Positions 27,399 through 37,005 of a stretch of DNA of 64,000 nt are shown one piece after another. Origin of the DNA: a bacterium. GTDB taxonomy: Bacteria; Desulfobacterota; Binatia; Binatales; Binataceae. Position 1 is the first letter of the stretch. Each line of letters opens with the position of its first letter. The notes below the pieces were generated by a model. That model searched no databases. It had not been told where the DNA came from and was given only the letters and a program-made list of their open reading frames with translations. The position numbers and the translations under genes were made by a program. The stretch spans positions 32,939 to 96,938 of the forward strand of contig JADBKU010000030.1 in NCBI GenBank assembly GCA_014896235.1. The letters run 5' to 3'.

Positions 27399-28358
27399 AT
27401 GAAGATAGTGCGTGGTTGGATGGCGGCGGCGATTTGGTGCGCTTTTGCGGCCGGCGGCGCATGCGGATGCGCGAACGTGTCGGCAAAAGACGCCGATGCG
27501 CGCCCATTTTACCAGCAGCCTTACGAAGTCGCTTCGCACGGCCGCAAGAACTGGTGGGATCGGATTGTCGAGCTCGATCCGAGCGGCGTGAAAGTCGCGG
27601 TATCGCCCGAATACAAGAAAAATCCGCCCGAACGGATCGCGGTGCTGCCGTTTGTCGATGACGGCAGCGCGCAATACGTCGTCGATAAGCTGCCGATGAC
27701 CGATCGCAACAAGACCGAGCGCGAGCGCTGGGCGTGGACCGACGCGCAGCGGTTGCGGCTCTATATGGTGGGCTATCTGGCGCAACGCGAATTCACGCTG
27801 ATCAATCCGATCGGCATCGACGCGGTGCTGGCCAGCCACGGAATCGACGACGGCGCCGAGCTGAACCGGGTAAGCCCCCAGCAGTTGGGCGCATGGCTGG
27901 GCGCGGATGCGGTAGTTTATGGCGAAGTCACGCATTACGAGGGGTTCTATCTGTTCCTGGTGTCGGCCGAGCAGGTCAGCATCCGCGGCCGGATGGTCTC
28001 GACCCATGACGGCAAGACGCTGATCGAGTTCAGCGGCGGCCGCTATCACGTCAATCCGATGCCGGCGATCGATCCGATCGATATGGCGATCAATTCCGCG
28101 CAGACGTTGATCGATATGCGCGACGTGAATATCGCGCGGGCGGAGGACGAAGCGTGCCGCGAAGTCGTGGTGCGGATTCCGCGCTCGCGGATTTTGGAGC
28201 GGCGGCTGGCGGAGGAAGCGCTCGCGCAGAGCAGCGACGCGCCGGCGGTCGAGATGAGCGCGCCGCCGCATCCAGCGGCGCCGCCAACGGCGCTGGCGCC
28301 GATCAACGCCGTCGAATTGCCGCCGGTCCCACCGGCGCAAGCTTCCTCGGCCAATTGA
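27399..28358 (+). CDS. GNA1162/DUF799-like lipoprotein
   Basis: Signal peptide with Cys, PERIAVLPF and LGAWLGADAVVYGEVT.Y; Pro/Ala tail. Confidence 0.65.
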   Translation: MKIVRGWMAAAIWCAFAAGGACGCANVSAKDADARPFYQQPYEVASHGRKNWWDRIVELDPSGVKVAVSPEYKKNPPERIAVLPFVDDGSAQYVVDKLPMTDRNKTERERWAWTDAQRLRLYMVGYLAQREFTLINPIGIDAVLASHGIDDGAELNRVSPQQLGAWLGADAVVYGEVTHYEGFYLFLVSAEQVSIRGRMVSTHDGKTLIEFSGGRYHVNPMPAIDPIDMAINSAQTLIDMRDVNIARAEDEACREVVVRIPRSRILERRLAEEALAQSSDAPAVEMSAPPHPAAPPTALAPINAVELPPVPPAQASSAN

Positions 28359-28567
28359 ACGAAAAACTACCGGCCATGGCGATGCGGATCGCGGCGGTCG
28401 CCGCGGCGAGGGAGCGGGCGTTTATTCGATGCCGTACGAGTTTGGATTACCCGCCGCCAAATAAAGAATTCTGACTGATTGTCTGGAGCGTTCGTTCGAG
28501 CGGGAACCCGGAATATTGCCAGCCTTGAACCACTGGATTAGTTTCTGTAGGGGCGCGGGAACTTCTG

Positions 28568-29527
28568 ATGGGCGAGGCGGCGCAAAAGTACGAGGATTTC
28601 ATCGAGACGCCGTTCGAGGGATGGCGAATCGATCCGGACAAGGTCCGCGAGCTGTCGCGACTGTCGCCGGTGCGCGCCGTTTTTCATATCGCGCTCGAAT
28701 GGACGATTGTCTTCGCGACAATTTATTTGTCGCGCCGCGTTGCCAACCCGATTCTTGAAATTCCGGCTTATCTGCTCGCCGTCGTAATCATCGGCTCGCG
28801 CCAGCATGCCCTCCTGCTGATGATGCATGAGGCGACGCACTGGCGGATGTTCGAGCGAAAATGGCTCAACGATCTCGTTTGCGAGCCGTTCGTCACCTGG
28901 CCGGTGCTGGTTTCGCTGCGGGCGTTCCGCCACACCCATCTGCAGCATCACAAGTACCTGAATCTGCCGGTTGACGGGGATTTGCAGAAGAAGTTCGAAG
29001 ATCCTGACTGGCATTTTCCGGTGCCGCGCGAGCGGCTCGTATGGTCGCTGCTCCGGCAGTTCACCGGGCTTGGAATCTGGTATGCGATCAAGATCATGCG
29101 CTACGGCAACGCCGATCCGGCGGCGTCGGGACAGACGCCGGTCTATCGCGCGGTTCGGATTGGCTATTACATTTGCGCGCTGGCGCTGATTGTTTACTTC
29201 CGCGTCTTCACGCTATTCATCGCATACTGGATAGCGCCGCTAGCGACCTGCATGATCGCGTTCAACAAGATGCGCGTGCTGTCGGAGCATCCGCCGATCG
29301 AACGCGCCACCGCCTACGATACGATCCTCGAATATCAACTGGGACCGATCGAGCGAATCCTGTTCGAGCCGAAGAACTGCTATTACCATATCGAGCATCA
29401 CAGCTACCCGAGCGTGCCGTTCTTCAATCTGCCGAAACTGCATCGCGCGATGCTGGCGAACGGGAAATACCGTGCGGCGCTCAAGCCCGTCACGTATTGG
29501 GAGATGCTCAGGACGCTGACCGTCTGA
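28568..29527 (+). CDS. Membrane fatty acid desaturase family protein
   Basis: His boxes HEATH, HLQHH and HIEHH. Confidence 0.9.
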   Translation: MGEAAQKYEDFIETPFEGWRIDPDKVRELSRLSPVRAVFHIALEWTIVFATIYLSRRVANPILEIPAYLLAVVIIGSRQHALLLMMHEATHWRMFERKWLNDLVCEPFVTWPVLVSLRAFRHTHLQHHKYLNLPVDGDLQKKFEDPDWHFPVPRERLVWSLLRQFTGLGIWYAIKIMRYGNADPAASGQTPVYRAVRIGYYICALALIVYFRVFTLFIAYWIAPLATCMIAFNKMRVLSEHPPIERATAYDTILEYQLGPIERILFEPKNCYYHIEHHSYPSVPFFNLPKLHRAMLANGKYRAALKPVTYWEMLRTLTV

Positions 29528-29597
29528 CCGCGGCCGTCGCACCCGGCGATTGCTATACCCGGAGTTTCGCCATGCCGGGATTCTTCGCTGCGCGCCG

Positions 29598-30587
29598 CTA
29601 GACGGTCTGGAAGAGCGTGCGTCCGTTTTCGACTTTCTTCTTCGCGCGCCCCTCGACGCAGGCCAGTTCCAGATGGGCGAGCGTCTCGAACGTCGCCGCC
29701 ATCACGTGGAAAATCGGGCGCTCCTCGTCGCCGAAGATCTGCGACGCGACCTCGTAGGCGCACTGAGGCTTGCGCCGGACCAGGTCGAGCATTTCGGCCT
29801 CGCGGTAGCGATGATGCTCGATCAGCTGGTTCGCGCGATGGCGATGGTCGTGATAGACGGCGCCATGCGCTGGCAATACGTGCTCGACGTCGAAGCGCTG
29901 CACTTTGAGTTGCGAGTTGATGAAATCGCCGAGCGGATTGGTCGGGCCGCTCGGATAGACGCCGACATGCGGGGTAATCTTCGGCAGCAGATGGTCGCCG
30001 ACGATCAGCACCTTTTCCTTGCGCAGATAGATTACGCAATGGCCGGGAGCGTGGCCGGGCGTCCAGATGATTTCAAGCTCGCGGTCGCCGATCATCACCA
30101 CGTCGCCGTCGTTGAGATAGCGGTCGGGGGTGGGCACGGGATTGTACTGGTCGGTGCCCATCCAGGTCGGACGCATCCCCTCGATCGGATACTTGTCGAC
30201 GGGAAAGCCGTGGGTCTGGAAAAACGCCATGGCGTCGGGATTTTGCGACGGCGGTCCCAGCGTCAGCATCCGGTTGACCCGTTCCTGCTCGAGGCGATGG
30301 AGCAGGGTGGTCGCGCCGCTGCGTTTTTTGATCGTCGCCGACGTGCCGAAGTGGTCCACGTGATGATGCGTGCCGATGACCACGTTGATGTCTTCGAGCC
30401 GAGTTCCCACCTGGCGGCAGGCGTCTTCGAGCGTGGCGACGCTGTCCGCCGTGTTCATGCCCGTGTCGATCAACGCCCACGCGCCGTGACAATCGATCAG
30501 ATAGACATTGACGATTGTCGGCCGCATCGGCAGCGGCAAAAAAACTTCGTAGATGCCGGAATGAACCTCAGCGACTTTTGCTGGCAT
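29598..30587 (-). CDS. Metallo-beta-lactamase fold hydrolase with C-terminal winged-helix-like domain
   Basis: THHHVDHFG, TPGHAPGH, VGDH and LPAHG. Confidence 0.9.
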   Translation of the reverse strand: MPAKVAEVHSGIYEVFLPLPMRPTIVNVYLIDCHGAWALIDTGMNTADSVATLEDACRQVGTRLEDINVVIGTHHHVDHFGTSATIKKRSGATTLLHRLEQERVNRMLTLGPPSQNPDAMAFFQTHGFPVDKYPIEGMRPTWMGTDQYNPVPTPDRYLNDGDVVMIGDRELEIIWTPGHAPGHCVIYLRKEKVLIVGDHLLPKITPHVGVYPSGPTNPLGDFINSQLKVQRFDVEHVLPAHGAVYHDHRHRANQLIEHHRYREAEMLDLVRRKPQCAYEVASQIFGDEERPIFHVMAATFETLAHLELACVEGRAKKKVENGRTLFQTV

Positions 30588-30738
30588 AGAAGTGGACTTT
30601 CCAGACCGCCTATTGCGAAGTGATCGCGAAAACCGTCGATCCAGCGCCTTTGCGGTCCATGCTAATTGGATTTCGCCGGCTATCGGCCGCGCGCGCCCGG
30701 CTTGGGCGTGGGTCCGGTCCGATTCGGCGCAATCCGCG

Positions 30739-30951
30739 TCATTCGTGCAATTGATCCTTCACCAGGAACGTAGCCTTTATCGCCACGCGCCATCGGGACA
30801 CCTGGTTGTTCTCAACCGCTGCCGAAATATCCTCGATATGCACGTGGTTGATGCCGGAAATCGTCACGCCGGCGCGCGCCAGGGCGAGCTGCACGGCGTC
30901 TTCAATGGAATTCGACGATATTCCAACCAGCTCGATAGTTTTCTCAACCAT
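30739..30951 (-). CDS. Dodecin family protein
   Basis: 70 aa, MVEKTIELVGISSNSIEDAVQLALARA...WRVAIKATF; GGAG RBS. Confidence 0.85.
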   Translation of the reverse strand: MVEKTIELVGISSNSIEDAVQLALARAGVTISGINHVHIEDISAAVENNQVSRWRVAIKATFLVKDQLHE

Positions 30952-31112
30952 AGCAAGCGCTCCTAATCCATGATAGCAGCGCCACTGCGATTTGACGCGA
31001 TCGCGCGACCGGCGATAGGTTGGGCGCTGCGCGCCATTAGCGCATAAGGAGGCCGCAAAGACAAGGCGGCCGGAGCCGTAGTGCGTTCCAGAAACGAAAG
31101 CGGGAGGTTGCG

Positions 31113-33251
31113 ATGAGTTTTGACAAGGCGTCCGTGCGCAAAGTGCTGGAGGCGGTGAAGGCGCAGGGGCGCGGCGCACTCGCGCCCGACGAATGCCGGG
31201 CGGTATGCGCGGCGTATGGAATTCCGCTGCCGGCCGAGGCGTTGGCGAAATCCGCCGGCGAGGCGGCGAAGCTCGCGGCGGCGGTCGGGTTTCCCGTCGT
31301 GATGAAGATTGTTTCGCCCGATATTCTCCACAAGACCGAGGCTGGCGGGGTAATCGTGGGCGTGGGCGACGCGGCCGCGGCCGAACGCGCATACGAAAAG
31401 CTGACCGCCAACGCCAAAGCTTACAAGGCCGATGCGCGAATCGAAGGCGTGCTGATCCAGCGGATGCTCTCCGGCGGACACGAGGTGATCGTCGGCGCGC
31501 TGACCGATCCGAGCTTCGGCAAAGTCGTGGCGTTCGGGATGGGCGGGGTGCTGGTCGAAGTTCTGAAGGACGTGACGTTTCGCCTGGCGCCGGCGAGCGA
31601 GGCGGACGCGCTTTCCATGATCGACGGAATCGCCGCGGCGGAAATCCTTCGCGGGGTCCGCGGCGGCGCGCCGATCGATCGCGCGGCGCTGGCGCGGATC
31701 ATCGTCGCGGTCGCGCAACTGGCCGCCGACTTTCCCGAAATTCGCGAAATTGATCTGAATCCGATTTTCGCGCGGGCCGACGGCGCGACCGCCGCCGACG
31801 TGCGGATAATCGTGGATTTTTCGCCGCTCCACGAGCGTTACCGCCCCTCGCAGGCGGAAATTCTGGCCGCGATGAACCGGATCATGCGGCCTGATGCGGT
31901 CGCGGTGATCGGCGCCTCTCCGGAGGACGGCAAAATCGGCAACTCCGTGATGAAGAACCTGATTAACGGAGGCTATCAGGGCGCGATCTATCCGATTCAT
32001 CCAAAGGTTCCGGAAGTGCTGGGGCGCAAGGCGTACAAGAGCGTCAAGGATATTCCGGGGCCGGTAGACGTCGCCGTCTTCGCGATACCGGCGCCGCTGG
32101 TCGCCGGCGCGCTCAAAGAATGCGGCGAGAAGAAAATTCCCGGCGCGGTGCTAATTCCCTCGGGCTTCGCCGAAACCGGCAACGTCGAATTGCAGGAACA
32201 GATCGTGGCGATCGGGCGCGAGTACAATGTCCGCCTGATGGGGCCGAATATTTACGGCTTTTACTATACGCACAAAAATCTTTGCGCGACCTTCTGCACT
32301 CCCTACGACGTCAAGGGCAAAGCCGCCCTGTCGTCGCAAAGCGGCGGAGTCGGGATGGCGATTATCGGTTTCAGCCGGTCGGCGCGGATGGGCGTCTCGG
32401 CGATCGTCGGGCTGGGCAACAAATCGGATATAGACGAGGACGACCTGCTGACCTTCTTCGAGCAGGATCCGCATACCGAAGTCGTCGCGATGCATGTCGA
32501 AGACCTTAAGGACGGACGCTCGTTCGCCGAGGTGGCGCAACGGGTCTCGAAAAAGAAGCCGGTGATCGTGCTCAAGGCCGGACGGACCGCGTTGGGCGCG
32601 CGCGCCGCGAAATCGCATACCGCCGCGCTCGCCGGCAACGATCGGATTTACGACGACGTGCTCCGGCAAGCGGGCGTGGTGCGCGCGATGGCGCTGAACG
32701 ACATGCTGGAGTTCGCCCGATGCCTGCCGATCCTGCCCGCGCCCAAGGGTGAGAATGTGCTGATTATCACCGGCGCGGGCGGCTCGGGCGTGCTCTTGTC
32801 CGACGCTTGCGTCGATAACGGACTCAACCTGATGGCGATGCCGCCTGACCTTGACGCCGCCTTCCGCAAATTCATTCCGCCCTTCGGGGCTGCGGGCAAT
32901 CCGGTGGATATCACCGGCGGCGAGCCGCCGGCGACTTATCGCAACACGATCGCGCTCGGGCTCGACGATCCGCGCATCCATGCGCTGATTCTCGGCTACT
33001 GGCACACGATCATCACGCCGCCGATGGTCTTCGCGAAGCTGCTGGCTGAAACCGTGGAAGACGCGCGGCGGCGCGGAATCGTCAAACCGATCGTCGCGTC
33101 GCTGGTTGGCGACGTAGAAGTCGAACAGGCGAGCGCCTACCTCTTTGAACACGGCATTCCGGCGTATCCATACACGACGGAAAAGCCGGTCGCGGTGCTG
33201 GGCGCGAAATATCGATGGGCGCGGGCGGCGGGAATCGTCGCGGCGGGATGA
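31113..33251 (+). CDS. NDP-forming acyl-CoA synthetase (acetate--CoA ligase family), ATP-grasp domain first
   Basis: GFPVVMKIVSPDILHKTEAGGV, then AVIGAS, GPNIYG, SQSGG, SHTAALAG (phospho-His) and NPVDITG. Confidence 0.9.
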   Translation: MSFDKASVRKVLEAVKAQGRGALAPDECRAVCAAYGIPLPAEALAKSAGEAAKLAAAVGFPVVMKIVSPDILHKTEAGGVIVGVGDAAAAERAYEKLTANAKAYKADARIEGVLIQRMLSGGHEVIVGALTDPSFGKVVAFGMGGVLVEVLKDVTFRLAPASEADALSMIDGIAAAEILRGVRGGAPIDRAALARIIVAVAQLAADFPEIREIDLNPIFARADGATAADVRIIVDFSPLHERYRPSQAEILAAMNRIMRPDAVAVIGASPEDGKIGNSVMKNLINGGYQGAIYPIHPKVPEVLGRKAYKSVKDIPGPVDVAVFAIPAPLVAGALKECGEKKIPGAVLIPSGFAETGNVELQEQIVAIGREYNVRLMGPNIYGFYYTHKNLCATFCTPYDVKGKAALSSQSGGVGMAIIGFSRSARMGVSAIVGLGNKSDIDEDDLLTFFEQDPHTEVVAMHVEDLKDGRSFAEVAQRVSKKKPVIVLKAGRTALGARAAKSHTAALAGNDRIYDDVLRQAGVVRAMALNDMLEFARCLPILPAPKGENVLIITGAGGSGVLLSDACVDNGLNLMAMPPDLDAAFRKFIPPFGAAGNPVDITGGEPPATYRNTIALGLDDPRIHALILGYWHTIITPPMVFAKLLAETVEDARRRGIVKPIVASLVGDVEVEQASAYLFEHGIPAYPYTTEKPVAVLGAKYRWARAAGIVAAG

Positions 33252-33268
33252 GCGCCGCGGCGCGCGGG

Positions 33269-34072
33269 CTAGTTTTTCAGCCAGGCGATGATGCGCTGAT
33301 GGATGCCGACGGGATCGGCGGCGGCGTAATTGTGTCCGCCTTCGGGAATCATGAAGACTTCCGCCTGCGGAATCCGCTCCGCGAGCAATTTGGCGTTTGC
33401 CGGCGGGATCAGGATGTCCTTCTCGCCGTGGACGATTAGCGTCGGACATTTTATCTGGCCGAGACGGTCGTAGACGTCGAACTGCATGATCCCGGCAAGC
33501 ATGCGGTCCGCCGTTTCGGGCGGCGTCGGCGGCGCGAGTTGCATCCCTGCCAGCGTCAGCGCCTTGATTTCCGGATGCGCCAGCGTGAACTCGGGCGGAT
33601 AGAGCAGCGGGATGATCATGTCCAGCGCGAAATTCGGATCCTTCGCCATCATCCGCGAACCCTCGATCAGCATCTGCACGACCTCATCCGCGGCGCGCAC
33701 CGCCGTCGCCCCGCCCGCCATCGTGCAGCCAAGGATCACCTTTTCGACGCGCTCGGGATGGCGCAGCGCCAGCTCCTGCGCGATCATTCCGCCCATCGAG
33801 ACGCCATAGACGCGTGCCCGCTCGATTCCAAGCGCCGCGAGCAGGTTGGCGGCGTCGTCGGCCATGTCGGGAATCGTGTAAACGCCGTCGGGGCGGTCCG
33901 ACGACCCCGTTCCGCGATTGTCAAAATAGATGCACTGGAATCCGGTCAGAAACGGCAGCATCGGCGCCCACGCCGCGCCCGGCATCCCGAAACCCATGAT
34001 CAACAGGAGCGGTTCGCCCTGTCCGAAACTTTCGTAGTTCAGCGTGATCGCGCCGGCTTTGATTTTCGGCAT
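33269..34072 (-). CDS. Alpha/beta hydrolase
   Basis: FDNRGTG.S, GVSMGG, HGEKD and GGH. Confidence 0.9.
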   Translation of the reverse strand: MPKIKAGAITLNYESFGQGEPLLLIMGFGMPGAAWAPMLPFLTGFQCIYFDNRGTGSSDRPDGVYTIPDMADDAANLLAALGIERARVYGVSMGGMIAQELALRHPERVEKVILGCTMAGGATAVRAADEVVQMLIEGSRMMAKDPNFALDMIIPLLYPPEFTLAHPEIKALTLAGMQLAPPTPPETADRMLAGIMQFDVYDRLGQIKCPTLIVHGEKDILIPPANAKLLAERIPQAEVFMIPEGGHNYAAADPVGIHQRIIAWLKN

Positions 34073-34184
34073 CGCGGCTATTTTCCTTTGTTTGACGGGT
34101 CGGCCGCCGCCGATTCTAGCTGATTCAGAGGGCGCGCGCCCACGATGCGCCGACCGTCCGCGGACACGACTCGCGCCGCGTCCG

Positions 34185-34658
34185 CTAGTGCAGGGCGGAT
34201 TGGCCGCCGTAGCCAGCATTCGGCGCCGGCGCGGTGATCGGTTTGACGCCCGGATAAGGCGCGACCATCCTGGCCGGAGCCGTCGGTCCCTGCGCACCGG
34301 TGTCCGGCTCCATCGCGTTTGGATTCGCGGGCATCTTGAATGGCGCGAACGTATTCGGCGGCAGCAGCGCGGCGTTCGAGGTTTCGCCGAAATAGCGCAC
34401 GTCGGTGTCGCCGCTGAGCACCGGCGCCAGCGGCGTCTGCGTCGCAAGGTGGTACAGCGGGCGGGTTACGCCCCATTCCAAGGCGTAGCCGAACGGCGCC
34501 AGCGTATAGCTAAAAATCTGCAGCAACTGGCCGTTATCGACGTCGTTGTATGGCGGCGGGCCCCACTCGGTATCGTCGTCGCCATAAAATTGCGCGTGCG
34601 CCAGCGCCGGCAGACTCAGCAAAACCATCGCCGCCAATGCCATCAACGCGCGTTTCAT
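34185..34658 (-). CDS. Hypothetical secreted protein
   Basis: Signal peptide MKRALMALAAMVLLSLPALAHA, segment LAPFGYALEWGVTRPLY and a Pro-rich tail. Confidence 0.65.
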   Translation of the reverse strand: MKRALMALAAMVLLSLPALAHAQFYGDDDTEWGPPPYNDVDNGQLLQIFSYTLAPFGYALEWGVTRPLYHLATQTPLAPVLSGDTDVRYFGETSNAALLPPNTFAPFKMPANPNAMEPDTGAQGPTAPARMVAPYPGVKPITAPAPNAGYGGQSALH

Positions 34659-34738
34659 ACGATAATCTTGAGGCGGCGGCGCCGCCGATGTCAATGCCGC
34701 GGCATGACCCGGACTCGGCCGCGCCCCGCGCTTGCGCG

Positions 34739-35581
34739 ATGCGTCATTACGAATTCCGTCCCGCTCGCCACGCGCTCGCCCCGACCGGCGGCTTTCTCAA
34801 GAACTTCGCCTATTCGCTCAATCCGTACATCGGATGCGCTTTCGGCGCGGCCGGGGGATGTCCGTTCTGCTATGTGCGTGCGCTGCCGGTCGCCGGCGCG
34901 AGGCCGGGCGAATGGGGCGCATGGGTGATCGCCAAATCCAATCTCCCCGAATTGCTGGAGAAAGAACTGCACGCGCTGCAACACGCCGGCAAACTCGCCG
35001 CAACCGCCATCTTCATGTCCAGCGCGACCGATCCGTATCAGGGAATCGAGCGGCGCGCCCGCCTTACCCGCGCCGCGCTCGCGATCATTTCGCGCTTTCC
35101 CATCTATCGGTTGCTCGTGCAGACGCGCAGTCCGCTCATCGAACGCGACCTCGATTTGCTTGCCTCGATGGGCGGGCGGGCGATCGCTTCGATCACGCTC
35201 GAAACCGACGATGAACGGGTGCGCCGCGCCTTCACGCCGACGTCGCCGTCGGTCGCGCGCCGGCTCGCGACGCTCCAGCGATTGCGTTCGGCGGGAATTC
35301 CAACGCAGGCCGCGATCGCGCCGATGCTGCCCAACGATCCGGAGCGCTTCGCCGCGCTTATCGACGATGCGGCGGATCGAGTCATTGTCGATACGCTGTT
35401 CGACGGCGACGGCGCGTCCGGCCGCCGTTCCAGGGCGCTCGGGATGGAGCAGATGTTCGCGCGGCTCGGTTACGCGGGATGGTTCCGTCCGGGCGCGGAA
35501 CGAGAACTGCTTGCTGCGATGCGCCGCCGGCTCGGCCCCGGCCGCGTGCTCTTCAGCCAACCCGGCTTCAACGCTATATGA
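34739..35581 (+). CDS. SPL-like radical SAM protein (Rv2578c/SplB-related)
   Basis: SLNPYIGC...CPFCYV, FMSSATDPYQ, QTRSPLIERD and AIAPMLP. Confidence 0.85.
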   Translation: MRHYEFRPARHALAPTGGFLKNFAYSLNPYIGCAFGAAGGCPFCYVRALPVAGARPGEWGAWVIAKSNLPELLEKELHALQHAGKLAATAIFMSSATDPYQGIERRARLTRAALAIISRFPIYRLLVQTRSPLIERDLDLLASMGGRAIASITLETDDERVRRAFTPTSPSVARRLATLQRLRSAGIPTQAAIAPMLPNDPERFAALIDDAADRVIVDTLFDGDGASGRRSRALGMEQMFARLGYAGWFRPGAERELLAAMRRRLGPGRVLFSQPGFNAI

Positions 35582-35619
35582 GCATTCAATTCAATTGGAA
35601 AGGATCGGGGACCAGATAA

Positions 35620-36168
35620 GTGAATTCGATTCCATTGAACTGGCTGTGGAACGTTCTAACGATGTTAGGCGCGGTCGCAACCGCTGTGATCATCTATTGG
35701 CAGGCCGGCTTGCTGAGAGCGCAAAACCAGGTTTACGCCATAATGCAATTAAATTTGGCGTGGGATTCCCGCGAAATGTGCTCCTTGAGATCCGCGTGGG
35801 CCGATAACGCGGGCGATGCCGAAGCGGCCGAACCCATTTTGGAATTTCTGGAGGAATTCAGCGCATTGTTGAAGCGCGACGTCTTCAACGAAGAGCTGGT
35901 CTGGGATTCGACGCTTGGTTGGTACGCGGTGCGCTATTATTTCTACAGTCAGGAAAACGAGACAGTCGAGCGTCTCCGGGCAAAGTGGCGCGATCCAAAG
36001 CTTTACGAACATATCGAGGGACTCTGGCAAAATTACCGAAAACGCGAAGATGCGGAGTGGTGCGGGGGCGAAGAAACATTCGAGCAAAAGTTGCAGAAAA
36101 CAAGAGACAGCTTTGTAGCGGATGAGAAGGCACGTTATGCGCGTCGTTTTCCCGAAAGTCGTCATTGA
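35620..36168 (+). CDS. Hypothetical membrane-anchored protein (DUF4760-like)
   Basis: N-terminal TM, ILEFLEEF and LYEHIEGL; visibly more AT-rich than its neighbours. Confidence 0.55.
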   Translation: MNSIPLNWLWNVLTMLGAVATAVIIYWQAGLLRAQNQVYAIMQLNLAWDSREMCSLRSAWADNAGDAEAAEPILEFLEEFSALLKRDVFNEELVWDSTLGWYAVRYYFYSQENETVERLRAKWRDPKLYEHIEGLWQNYRKREDAEWCGGEETFEQKLQKTRDSFVADEKARYARRFPESRH

Positions 36169-36712
36169 ACTCAACCCGTCGGTTATTGACGGCGTGGGAG
36201 TGTTCGCGGTCTCCGCGTTCGAAGAGCGCCAGCGCATCGCCGAGGGAATTCACGAAGCGGAATATCGGCGGCTGATTCCCTGGAGCCACTTCGCCGCTTA
36301 CGAGGAAAATCTCCAGGAAAAAATCCGCGCGTTTTGCATAGGCACGCCCGAGGGCTTCCTCCCGCCCGACAAGCTCGATTTTAACCGTCTGACGATCGAG
36401 TGGTATCTGAACCATTCCTGCGACGGGAACGTCGGCTTCGACGAACGCGGCGATTTTATCGCCCGCCGTCGTATCCGGCGTGGCGAAGAACTGACCTACG
36501 ACTACGGTTTGGCCGAATCGAATCCGCGATTCCGCATGCGGTGTCGATGCGGCGCGGCCAATTGTCGCTCAATTATCACCGGCGACGACTGGAAAGATGC
36601 GGAGTTTAGGGAGCGCAATCTTCCATACATGCTGCCGCGACTGCGCCGGATGAAATACGGTGAAGAAATAATTGAAACGCCACGCCGCCGCGCCGCTTCT
36701 CATCGGCGTTAG
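36137..36712 (+). CDS. SET-domain protein with post-SET Cys motif
   Basis: IDGVGVFA, YLNHSCDGN, GEELTYDY and CRCGAANCR. Confidence 0.92.
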   Translation: MRVVFPKVVIELNPSVIDGVGVFAVSAFEERQRIAEGIHEAEYRRLIPWSHFAAYEENLQEKIRAFCIGTPEGFLPPDKLDFNRLTIEWYLNHSCDGNVGFDERGDFIARRRIRRGEELTYDYGLAESNPRFRMRCRCGAANCRSIITGDDWKDAEFRERNLPYMLPRLRRMKYGEEIIETPRRRAASHRR

Positions 36713-36951
36713 CGGGCGGAGGGTTGCGCGCCACGGATCAGATGGATCGCGCCGACCAGGATAATCGCGCCCACCACCGCCATCGCGATAAATCCGATCG
36801 CACCGAAGGGCCGGTCAATTCCAAGCTTCCCGAAGACCCACTGTCCGATCACCGCGCCGACCAGGCCCAGAACGATATCTCCCGCGAGGCCGTAGCCGCC
36901 CGTGCGCATCAGTTTTCCGGTCAGCCAGCCCGCGATCAGTCCCGCGATCAA
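36709..36951 (-). CDS. GlsB/YeaQ/YmgE transglycosylase-associated membrane protein (start uncertain)
   Basis: GLIAGWLTGKLM..GYGLAGDIVLGLVGAVIG...AVVGAIIL. Confidence 0.85.
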   Translation of the reverse strand: MIAGLIAGWLTGKLMRTGGYGLAGDIVLGLVGAVIGQWVFGKLGIDRPFGAIGFIAMAVVGAIILVGAIHLIRGAQPSAR

Positions 36952-37005
36952 TATCCCCAGCAGATGCGCGCAATCGCCTCCCCGGCTTTCCTTCGACGCT
37001 TCCGA

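Noticed and set aside
31113-33251. Reversed domain order of the acyl-CoA synthetase as a novelty
   Set aside because: Beta-alpha fusions are a known arrangement in the NDP-forming acyl-CoA synthetase superfamily.
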